Below, one piece after another: positions 1 through 10,600 of a stretch of DNA of 52,698 nt. This stretch comes from a virus. Its lineage: Duplodnaviria > Caudoviricetes. The stretch's first letter is position 1. The number at the start of each line of letters is the position of its first letter. The notes beneath the pieces are model-generated. The model worked only from the letters and a program-made list of their open reading frames with translations. It was not told the DNA's origin and ran no database searches. The DNA lies in IMG/VR virus record IMGVR_UViG_3300025102_000043, positions 1 to 52,698 of that record. One strand, written 5' to 3'. The position numbers were made by a program, and so were the translations under genes.

Positions 1-140
1 CGTTCTATTGTAATAAAGAACACAAACAGTCCAAGGTAAAGATGTATTTCATAGTAATTACATTGTTCGTCAGGTTCGTAGTGTCTTATTCCAAATAAGA
101 TACCATGAGAAAATTGAAAACCAAAACCTATTCTTTTCAT
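1..140 (-). CDS. Small hydrophobic hypothetical protein, running off the window edge (not in ORF track)
   Basis: Manual translation from ATG at 140: MKRIGFGFQFSHGILFGIRHYEPDEQCNYYEIHLYLGLFVFFITIE...; starts just after the stop of 142..378. Confidence 0.65.
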   Translation of the reverse strand, partial: MKRIGFGFQFSHGILFGIRHYEPDEQCNYYEIHLYLGLFVFFITIE

Positions 141-141
141 A

Positions 142-378
142 TTACCATTTGTCTTTTGGGCATTTAGACTTTCTCCATTTAGCTTTCACATCCATCCAGC
201 ACCCACAAATACCACACGTACTCTGATTATGAATAAAATGAACACACGAGTCACAAATTCCAGCTCTTCTTATAAACTCTTCCTTTGGCACGTTTCTTGC
301 ACCATCAACTAGATAGGCTGCTGTATCTTTCGCAATGTTCTTTACTTTATCTAAAAAACTTGGTTTATTTGTTTTCAT
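142..378 (-). CDS. Small Cys-rich Zn-binding protein, DUF6171-like
   Basis: CDSC...CGICGC...KCPKDKW pattern. Confidence 0.7.
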   Translation of the reverse strand: MKTNKPSFLDKVKNIAKDTAAYLVDGARNVPKEEFIRRAGICDSCVHFIHNQSTCGICGCWMDVKAKWRKSKCPKDKW

Positions 379-763
379 GTTTATCTCTTAATAATTTTCT
401 TTTCTTTCTGTATTCGTTTCTAGATTCTTTACAACCATCGCACCTACAACCTTTTCTATAGGCAGTAACAGATGGGCAGGGCATACCTTCTTTTACTCTT
501 GCAGCCTTATAATTACATCTAGCATGAGAGAACGCTATGTTCTCTAAGTCAAAGAATTTATCAGCAGGGTCGTCTGAATCCAGCCAAGGTTCTTTGTGTT
601 CTACTGTAAATTTATCTATGTCTTTTATTTCTGTGGCACATTGATAGCACCATGCGTAGCCAAGTTTTTGTGCAAAACTAAAAAGTATTGATTTTTTAAG
701 TTTGTGAGCTGCTGTACTAGGATTCATTCCCAGTTGCTTAGTCTTTTTTTCTTTTATTAACAT
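365..763 (-). CDS. HNH endonuclease-like protein with C-terminal Cys cluster; start probably ATG 763 rather than 817
   Basis: CYQC...TVEHKEPW...NIAFSHARCN, followed by YRKGCRCDGC. Confidence 0.7.
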   Translation of the reverse strand: MLIKEKKTKQLGMNPSTAAHKLKKSILFSFAQKLGYAWCYQCATEIKDIDKFTVEHKEPWLDSDDPADKFFDLENIAFSHARCNYKAARVKEGMPCPSVTAYRKGCRCDGCKESRNEYRKKRKLLRDKHENK

Positions 764-1022
764 ACTTTCTTTTTTTAGGGTAGTTGTGACCAACCCCTTT
801 CTTTCTTCCACCTTCATTCTTCTTTCCCCTATTTTTTGATTTATCAGTAACAGTTAACTTATTAGAACTGATACCATCAACGTGATGAATTTCTTTACCA
901 TCTCCTTTAGTTACAAGACCCTTTTTAGCCATCTTATACCTATCCCTTTTTCTTTTCCTATTGTCAGCTCTTTGCTTAGGGCTAGATTGAAACTTTTTAT
1001 ATTCGTCTTTATAATCTCTCAT
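738..1022 (-). CDS. Small basic HNH-like protein
   Basis: MRDYKDEY...KGDGKEIHHVDG...NKLTV...KNRG, a minimal phage HNH pattern. Confidence 0.65.
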   Translation of the reverse strand: MRDYKDEYKKFQSSPKQRADNRKRKRDRYKMAKKGLVTKGDGKEIHHVDGISSNKLTVTDKSKNRGKKNEGGRKKGVGHNYPKKRKYVNKRKKD

Positions 1023-1030
1023 TGATTCTT

Positions 1031-1073
1031 AAAAAAAATGAGGGGAGATTTAACATTATCAAACCACCCCTCA
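1031..1073 (-). terminator. Intrinsic terminator-like hairpin
   Basis: Minus strand TGAGGGG-TGGTTTGA-TAATG-TTAAATCT-CCCCTCA followed by T8. Confidence 0.75.
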
Positions 1074-1101
1074 AAACTAAATATTATGATAAAACACACT
1101 G

Positions 1102-1109
1102 TAAATATA
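1102..1109 (-). promoter_or_regulatory. TATATTTA promoter element (variant of Bacteroidota -7 TAnnTTTG)
   Basis: TATATTTACAG on the minus strand in an intergenic gap; the same 11-mer occurs at 45181. Confidence 0.5.
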
Positions 1110-1126
1110 ATAAAAAAAACAATTAT

Positions 1127-1627
1127 TTATGCAATATCCTTATAAGTTATTAACACCTCTTTGTTATTAAGTAGTGTTTCTGCTATTTTAGGGTATATTC
1201 TTTTGTATGCTTGTGTAGACTTACCAATAAAACCATTACCAATTATTTGGTTGTTCTCTTGCGAGTCGCCCACGAGTAAGCATCCTGCAGTATGCTCATC
1301 AGTATTACCACAGTGAATAAGGATATACTCAAAGTTAGGTACATTAGTAATATGAAGCATGCCCCTATGAATCTTAGGAAATCTTTTAGAATATTTTTGA
1401 TGGTATCCACCTTCTGTTCTAAGTTTAACTTTATATGTCCCAGCTGGGATTCTTGTTTCTCCATATTTTTTTTCTTCTCTATGTTCATCTTCTAGTGTGT
1501 AGCATACAAAGCTTCTCTTACATCTAAACCCTTCACCATTGGGGTTGTCAGCTGTATCGTCTACCACAAATAATATTCCTGACGTGGAGTCTGGTCCACT
1601 TGATATTCTTAATACTTCTAATTTCAT
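1127..1627 (-). CDS. DUF5675-family putative L,D-peptidase, candidate endolysin
   Basis: CYTLED...IPAGTY...ILIHCGNTDEHTAGCLLVG (HxGN...GC motif). Confidence 0.8.
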   Translation of the reverse strand: MKLEVLRISSGPDSTSGILFVVDDTADNPNGEGFRCKRSFVCYTLEDEHREEKKYGETRIPAGTYKVKLRTEGGYHQKYSKRFPKIHRGMLHITNVPNFEYILIHCGNTDEHTAGCLLVGDSQENNQIIGNGFIGKSTQAYKRIYPKIAETLLNNKEVLITYKDIA

Positions 1628-1629
1628 AA

Positions 1630-4600
1630 TTAATTTATTATCTCTTTAACTTTTTCAAAAATGTTTGGGTCTCGTTCTTTACTCAACTCTTCTTGTTGCC
1701 AAGACTTTAATAGGTCTGCATACGTAAACTTTTTTTGTGCCTCCATCCATTCGTTAAAATTCTTATAAACTCTTTTATCTCTGTTTAAAAAGTTATATAT
1801 CATATTACCATCACTAAAGCCTTGTATATGCATACTAATAACACTATCTCTGTTACCTAACTCACTTAAAACTCTCTCTTTATTCCTATCTTTAACAGTA
1901 ACACCACGTTCTTCTATACCTAAAGCTTCAGAGTATGTATATAACTTATCTAAGTAATTCATCTGTCTTTCAACTTCACGTTTAATTTTTTTAGGACCAT
2001 CTCCTTCTGGGTCTAGTTTCTTTAGAGTATTAGACACATCTCTAACTTTAAAGTTTAAATTTTCTTGTAAATTAAATCTACTAAATCTAAACCCAGTCAT
2101 TGACATGGTTTCATGAACAGGACTTTTCTTTCTATCCATTTCATCTTCATCTAAAAATAATTCTGGTTGCCAGCTTTCCATCATGTCGTATATTTGGTCT
2201 CCAATACCAGGCATTGACTCAGATACAACATGAGTTATTGAGTTTCCTAATCTATCAAACCAATCATCAGTTGTATCATCTAGTTTTCCACCTGATTGTT
2301 TTTCTCTTTTAGATAAATCTTCTAATATTTGAAACATCATACTTGGGCTAAAAAATGTTTCAAGCATAGAGTTTATCACATCATTTTTTATGATTTTATC
2401 AAAGGTTGGGTCATCTTCTGGAGTATTTATTATAGCATTAATAACTCTAGTTATAACATTATTAGACATATTGTCTGATGAGTTCCAAACATAATACGTT
2501 CCATCAAAGTAACCCTCATCTCCTAATTGAGCAGATACTAATTTAACATCTCCATATTTCATATAGCTAGGTAAAAATAATTGAATCATTTTATCTCTAG
2601 TTATGTCATCCATTTTTAATTCATTAAAGTCTACTCCACCATGATTATTGTCAAACCAATCAGAATAACTATCATATAAAGTAAACTCCTTATCAATATC
2701 TCTCTGCTCTTCATTCATTAATGCGTAGTCCATAAGTGGATTGTCTGCCAAACCTTCGTCATCGTCATCTGTAAAATCTTTAAGCATTCCTATTGCACTA
2801 GCAAAAAGAGCTGCTATCCCTGTGTATAAGTGAGGAAGTGTACTCCAAGCAAATACAGTACCAAAAAGTCTTTTGTATCCAGACCTTTGTAGAACTGGGT
2901 TTCCTGAACGTATCATTTTATTAGCTACTTTTAAAGAACCAATACCTGTTCTTAAAACCTCAGCAGGGAAAGATATAAAGTCTCCAACTAAAAGCATTCT
3001 TCTTATTCTCTTACCAACTTTAGGAACTAATGAATATGTAGTGTAACCACCTCTAACATTGTCTGCTGCCATTTTAATAGCCTCAGTTCTTTCATAGCCT
3101 GCCCTTTGAAATAGGTCTACTTCACTTATAAATCCAGCTCCCTTCCATATAACATCCTCCCATAGATAAGCTTTATTAACTAATGTATTTATTTTTTTTA
3201 AAAGACCTGGCTTTCTTTTCTTAACCTTATCCATGTCCATACCAGAATCAAAAAGTTCTGTCATAGCAATACCTAAGTCTCCATCTCTCATAATATCTTG
3301 AAGCTCGTCTGCATATACAGAGTCAATTATACCATTCTCAATCATGGTTGCAAACATTTGCTCTCTTTCTTGAGTTGTTGATTTGTCAAACAAATTCTGC
3401 ATAACATTAAAACTTTCTTTCATATCTGAATAAGAAAAGTGACCATTGATAGATGCAAAATACATATTACCTAAAAAGTTTCTCACGTGTGTTTTAAGAG
3501 AGTAAACAGTTTTACCAAGCTTGATAGCACCATTCATAACTTGAGCTATTCTGTACGCACCTGTTGGGTTATACACCTCTCCATCAATAAACTCCTTAAC
3601 CTCTTTTGTTGTATAATAAACAGCATCTGAAAACTTTAATGTAACAGGGTATCTGTGTGTATCTGATAATTCAGGTGGAAGATTATCCTCTCTATATACC
3701 AAACTTCCTTCCATTGCAGCTACAGCATTAGCCTTAAACTCTAGAGCTTCAAGCTCAGAGGTTTGTTTAGTTAGTGTGCTAACTATATTAAATAATGGAT
3801 TTTTTGCTTCTGAAAACAAATTAGATATAGCATCAGGAAGGTCTTCTCTTTGTTTGAACACACCAGTGTTAACATCATTTGCTCTGTTAACAGCTTTCAT
3901 GAAATCACTAGATTCTGGACCATCACTAAACATTCTTTTTATATCTAGTAAAATTTGTTCCTCTGTAATTTCATTTTCATTTTTATATTTCTTTTTATAT
4001 TTATTTGCTAATGTTTTTCTTATAAACTCATAAGAAGATTGTATTAAATCAGCTTCTTTACCATATCTTTTAACAACTTTTTCTATTTTTTTAGGGTCTG
4101 CTTTTGCTTTAATTAAAGCGTTTATAGCTTTTAACATTTTCTTTTTATATCCCTGGTCATTATGTATTCTATATTGTCTGTTAATATATATACCCATATT
4201 CTTATCAAGAACAACTCCTAATTTATCTGCAACAACATCTTTTAATTTTCTACTAAGTGAATCAACTTTTCTTCTAACTTGTTTTATTAATTTCTGTAAT
4301 TCTGGGGCAGACTCAAGGTCTTTCATTGTAGCTTTACCAACATGATTTTCTTTTAAAGATTTTATTTGCTCTTCTACCTCTCTTATTCTATCTATAACTG
4401 CACCAGCTGCGTATGTTTTGCCATCTCTATCTAAATTCTCTAAATCATATTCATAATTTTTAATTTCAGATTCTAACTCTTGTATTTTGACTGTTGGGTC
4501 TGATAAGACATCATTAATAACTCTTAGTGGTATTGGGTTGTTAGATTTTTGGTTTTCCTCTATAGCAGACCTCATCCTATCTACAAGCTTTAATAATTTA

Positions 4601-7600
4601 AACTTTTCAGCTTTTATTTTAGACTTATATCTCCACTCCATGTCAAAAACCTTTTTAGGTATATTCCCCATTGGTAACAACTCTCTTCTAAAAGAGAAGT
4701 CTGAAAAGAAATCAGATGTTCCTTTAAGCCATTGTCCACCAAGTTGGTTTTTATATTCTGTTGAATAAATAGTTTTTGCATTATTATTAAATCCATCTTG
4801 ATACTCTGTGTCTTTAGATGGGTTCAACATATCTTCTACAACTGAAACTACTGGGCTTGTTATTTCAATAGTTGTTTTAGCTTGACCACCTACTTCTGAT
4901 AATACTGGTCCAGCTTTAGAATCTATACTTTGCATAATATCATTTACAACTTCAGGTATAACAGAATCAAAGAACTCAGCTCTTGGTCCTTTAAAAGCGT
5001 CTCCACTTTCAAAAGCAATTCCATTATAATTTTCTGTAGAAGCAAATGAAATAATATTTCTTACAACAGGTGCTATGTTAGACATCATTTTACTGTTTGG
5101 TGCTTTAATGTTTTTTATAAATAAAACTTTTTCACCAACATCATTTGAAACAACCTCGTAGTCTACATCAGCAAGAGTCTCATTGCCAAGGATAACACTC
5201 ATAGTATTACCACTAAACTGCATTGATGTTTGATGCATTGATATATAGTCTTCTAAAGCAACTTTTGGTATACCATCTGGATAAGACCTTTCAACTGAAT
5301 CTAAGAAATCCTTTATGCCCATGAATTTTATTTCTTGAGAAAGATTTGAACCACCATATTTTTTAAGCTCTTTAAGCCATTGTTTTGGTGTGCCATGAGT
5401 TATGTCAGAAAATTTAATAGAGGTATTTAGACTAGAGAAACCTGACCCCCCCAATGTTACCACTCTCTGGTTTTTTACATCAGGTTGACCAATAAGGTCC
5501 TTTATTGTTTGTATTCTTTCATTTATTGTAGCATCACCCTGAGCTACAGTCTCACCTGTACCACCTGTAGAAACATCCTCAAAGGTTTGTAAATTAAATA
5601 TTGCCTTTTGATTATATTCTCTACCAAGTTGTTTAGCTTCTTCTATCATTTCTATAGGTATAGCTACAGAAATATCCAAGTATGTTTGATTACTTTCAGA
5701 ATCATACCATGTACCAACAGCAACATGATTATCCATATCTAGTAGCTCTTGATTTGCAGCTCTATATTCTTCTAGTTCTTTTTTAGTTACATCTCCACCT
5801 TTTACAATTTTTCCTAATTCAGGAAATATACCTACCATAGCATATGGACCAGAAACATTACCAAAAAAGTTGTTATAAGTTGACCCACCATTTTCTTTAT
5901 GGGATTTGAACTGGTCATCAATATTGTATTGAGACTTCATTTCCCCAGTAGATTTTCCTCTTTTCTTTTCATTTATGTTTAACCCACGTGATGTAGCTTG
6001 AGTAAATATTTTAGTAACATCATCTAAGTTAGTTATTTCACTTAAATCATTTAGGGTTAAATTTAATGGAGCATTTGTGTCAACTCCAAGTAAATATTTT
6101 ATAATAGATTGAATATAAGATTTTGCTTTATTTAATGTAGATTGGTTTTCATCAAACTTTTTTAGTCCAGCGTCTGCTAAAAACTCAGCCATAGCTTCTT
6201 CTAAAACCTTATCAGGATTTGATATATCTTTATCTTTAACATCTGTATCTCTTAAAAGAGCACCACCCTTACCTTTTGCATATCCTAATTTAGCAAATTT
6301 CATATATTTACCCCCCTCTATAGATTCTAAATCTTTTTTTATACCATCTAAAACTTTTTTAATTTCAGGGTTTGTTTTAGACATTTTAATTAATGAAGTT
6401 ATAAATGGGTGTGCACTTTCATGAAACATTGTATTAGGGTTAGCTATATCTAAATTAATATGTATTTCAGGAGTGCCTCCATCAATACCTTCTTCAGATA
6501 TAATAGCCCTACCTATCTCACTTAAATTAACTCCATTGCTAGCAAAAAACTCTCTCAGGGATGCCTCATCTTTATGTATAGTTACATTAAAACCTAAACT
6601 ATTATATAATTTTTTAACTATTTTAAGAACCTTAACTTTTCTATCATAAACCTCTCCTTCGTATTTAGAGTATTCATCTATTAAACTATCTATATTGTTA
6701 TCTGTAACGCTGTCAAATAGAGGATTAATAACTCTTTTTTGTTGTTTTATTTCTTTTTTAGATTTTTTCTTTTTATCAACAGGTTTTTTATCTTGTTCTT
6801 TTTGTTGATTTTGTTCAGTCTCATATCCAAGTTCATCTATTGCCTCCTCAATCATTTGTTCAACATCTTTCATGCTTATAACATCAGCGTTTCCAGCAGA
6901 CAATATATCGTTTGTTATTTTTCCAGCTGCAGCCCCAAATTTTATACTATTATTAGATTGTAGGGTTAATCCTTTGGTTTTACTTACAGCTTCATTAAAT
7001 TGTTGAGTTGTTATTTTTCCTTGGTTTCTTTGTTTCTGTAAAGAATTAAACTTCTTAATAGCTTTATTTTTTATCTCTTCACTGTATTGGTTGTCTAAAG
7101 TAATTATAGAGTTTAAAGAGCCTGTATCATTTTTAGAAAAACCAAGTATATTACCTGTATCCTTACCATCTATATTAAGTTGACCACTTGAGTCTACAGA
7201 AACTTTTTTACCTTCATATTTTAAACCTACAGTTGATAGTCTTTTTCTACCAGTTCCAGCGTCTTTTATTTTTATACCCTTACCCCTTCCTGGAGTTTTA
7301 AGAACAAACTCTCCATTTTTATTTTTATCTAAGATTCCTTGTTTTCCTTTATAGGAGACTGGTTTTCCAATGTTTTGGTTGAGGGTTGTTCTGTCTTGCT
7401 CTGTGTCAGCTTCTGTAATATCTTCTCTAATACTCGTACCTTTAGTTCCTCTGGAAGCTCCTCTAGTCTTGCCTCTACCTCTGGTGATAATCTTTTCATC
7501 TTTTATTGTTTTTATATTAGTAACGTCTTTTTCTAATTTTTTTAATAATGCTAATTCTGATTTTTGTTCTTGATTTAGGTTTTCTTGAGCATCTAATGTT

Positions 7601-10600
7601 GTTATTCTTCTTTTTATTGCATCTAAAGAATCTTTTTGTTGAGACTCTGTTAATGAATCTCCTTTAGTTATTCTTCTTATTAAAGCTTTAGTACCTATAC
7701 CCAATCTACTTATGTCCATAAAGTTACCCACATATTCTCTAACCTCAAAATCAATGGAAGAAGATAAATCATACATAACTTTTACAGGGTCTTCATTTTT
7801 AAGTATTCTATTTATTGCTTTATCAGATTGTTCTATTCTTTTTTTAACCTCCTCTTGTACATCTTTATTTAAACTTCCTTGTAATCCTTCAGCGTTTTGC
7901 TTATACTCTACTAAGTTTAATAATTCTCTTTTTGATAAGTCACTTAGACTAGTTTTTCCAATAAGGTTTTCCATAGTCTTAAACTTATTTTTAAGACCAT
8001 CTTTTAATTTTTTAGCATCATTTTTTGTAAAAGTTTTAAGTTTACCCCCAACCATAACTTCTTTTCCAATTTGATTATCTATAGCTTTGAAGGTGTCTTC
8101 TTGGTTTGTATAAGCATGATACATTCCATCTTTATACATTCCAGATTTTATATATTCTTTATTAAATGAAGAGCTGACATCTGTAACAGCTGTTGCACCA
8201 GAACCTATAATAGCACCTATGGTAAATTCTTCAAGAGCGTCATTAACATTAAACTTAGTGTCAAATTCATATTTATTCCACCATTGGTCTTTTATTAAAT
8301 CAACAGCAGCACCCTGAGCAAGTTCTTCACCACCCTCTATAACTCCATACTTTAATGCCTTTTTACTAAAAACAGAATTAACAATACCTCTTTTTATAGC
8401 AGCGTCTACCACGTCTTTTCCAACTCTATCGCTTATCGCATCTAAAGCTTTATTTGTAGCCATTCTTTTAACTGATGGGTTAATCATTCCAAAATCAGGT
8501 GTAGCAATCTCTATTACAGAAGAAACTAAAGATGCTTGACTTGCCATATCAGATGCATCTCCAGGTAACATACCTTGTCTAATTCCTTCTGCATAATACA
8601 TATTATACATTCTTATATTGGTTGCCCCATAAAGACCTGCATAAAAACCAAACTTACCAGCTCTCGCTGAGTTTGTTAGTTTTTTTGTACCACCCCCAAC
8701 TCTCTTGGCTATAGTCATATCTAATATAAAGTCAGTAGTTGCGTGTGCTAGATTATAAAAAGAACCACCCCATTCTTTCTTTTTCTGTGTTGGGTAACTT
8801 TCTTTATTATTCTCGTATTCTTTTATTATGTTTGCGTACCTATCAGACTCAGGGTTAATAACATAATTATCTTTAGTTATAATGTTTTTTATTTCATTAT
8901 TGCTATCAAAAATAATAGTGCCATCTTCTACATTCGCATAGTAAACATTACCCATACTCTCAGAGTTTGTTAAACTAGTTGGTTTGTATAACCAAGAAGT
9001 TCCAGCCTCTTCCATGTTTTTAGTAATAAATTCAGATGTAACTCCTGCAATTTTATCTGTCATATCATATTCATTCTCATAAGAAAATATACCTTTTGCT
9101 TGTTGTGGGATTGAAGATATACTTTCCACAAAATTACCCAAAGTTCCTAAAGTTACTGAAGAAATATTTCTTAAACCTTTTCCTAACCAAGTAGATTCAT
9201 TATAAGCTTTCTGACTAGCATTTCTTCTTTTTAATAATTTATCTTGTCTCTTTTTATATACTGGCTCATCTGTTGTAGACATTAAATAATTTAAAGAAGA
9301 GTTATAACCATTTATAAGTTTATCTAAAAGTAAAACATTGTTATCTCCCTTTAAATGATTTTCTCTTTTTAATATTAATTCAGCGTATTTTGTGTTTCTA
9401 AAATTATTAAAATCACTAACGAGCTTATTGTATCTGTTTAGGTCGCTTTGTTTCATGCCTCTAGTATCTAAAGGACCATGAGCTAAAGTTGGAAAATCAT
9501 TAATTAAAGCTAATTGTTCTTTTAACCATTGTTCAGCTAATATTATTTCTTCTCCAATTTGTTCTGTTTTTCTATTTATCTCAGACATACTCTTAGAACC
9601 CTCCATGCTTTTAGATAAATTATCAAATAGCTCTAGGGTAAATTGACCAGCTTTTAAATCATATTCTGATTTTTTTATTTGTTTTTTATCCTCGTTTGAT
9701 ATTGATTCTATCTCTCCTTTTAAAAACGTAGAGTTGTCTAGATTAAATTTTTCATATAATTGATTTATAAGCCCCCCATTAAAATTTTCAGCGATACCAT
9801 CACTATTTATATCTTTTAAGAAATTAGGGTCAGATTGCATTTGATTTATTAATTCTGGTAAAGCAGAGGAAGATGCTAGTAATGGGTTTGCTCCACCTGT
9901 CATATCAGGAGATATAACTACACCTGTTTCAGTATGTTTATATTCTGAGTTACCTAAATGCTCCCATCCAGAGGTAAGGTATTGGTTTATTTTTTCTTCT
10001 ACTTTTTGTATAATATTAAAATAAGTTTTTTTATCATTTGGGTGTCTAACATCTCCCCACCATTGTTTCCAATACTCTCCTTTTTTCATAGAGCTAACAG
10101 GCATAAAAAGATATTTTGTTGGATTACCCTTAAAGTCCTCACTACCTTTAATGTAATGGTTTAGTAATCTTTTTTCATCTTCATCAAGTAAATGAGAAAT
10201 ATCAGACAATTTTAAGTTAGGAATATTACTTTCTTTTCCTGCATGACTTTTATATAAAAGGTCTGTTATATCAAAACCATTATCAATTTTATTTGTAGAT
10301 AAAGCAAATCTACCACGATTCTCTAGGTCATTAATTAATTCTTCTTTAGTAGATGGTGGATTAAATTCTGGGTCAAGGTGTTCATGGTTATGAAACTCTC
10401 CATGAATAGTATCCTCAATAGATTGCCTGTTTCCTAAATTTCTTTTAAATTGAACATGAACATGCTCTCTTGGTCCTCCTTCGTCTTCTATGATGATGCC
10501 TGGACCTCCACCAGCACCCTCTGTCCATTTATTAGCCCATTTTTTACCCTCTGCAGTGTTGTTTACCCAATTCAAAAACTCTTTAGAAGATGGTCCTGTT

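Noticed and set aside
1086-1145. 19-codon plus-strand ORF MIKHTVNIIKKTIIYAISL with a plausible start context
   Set aside because: Opposes all neighbouring genes and has no plus-strand promoter; better explained as the complement of the candidate sRNA
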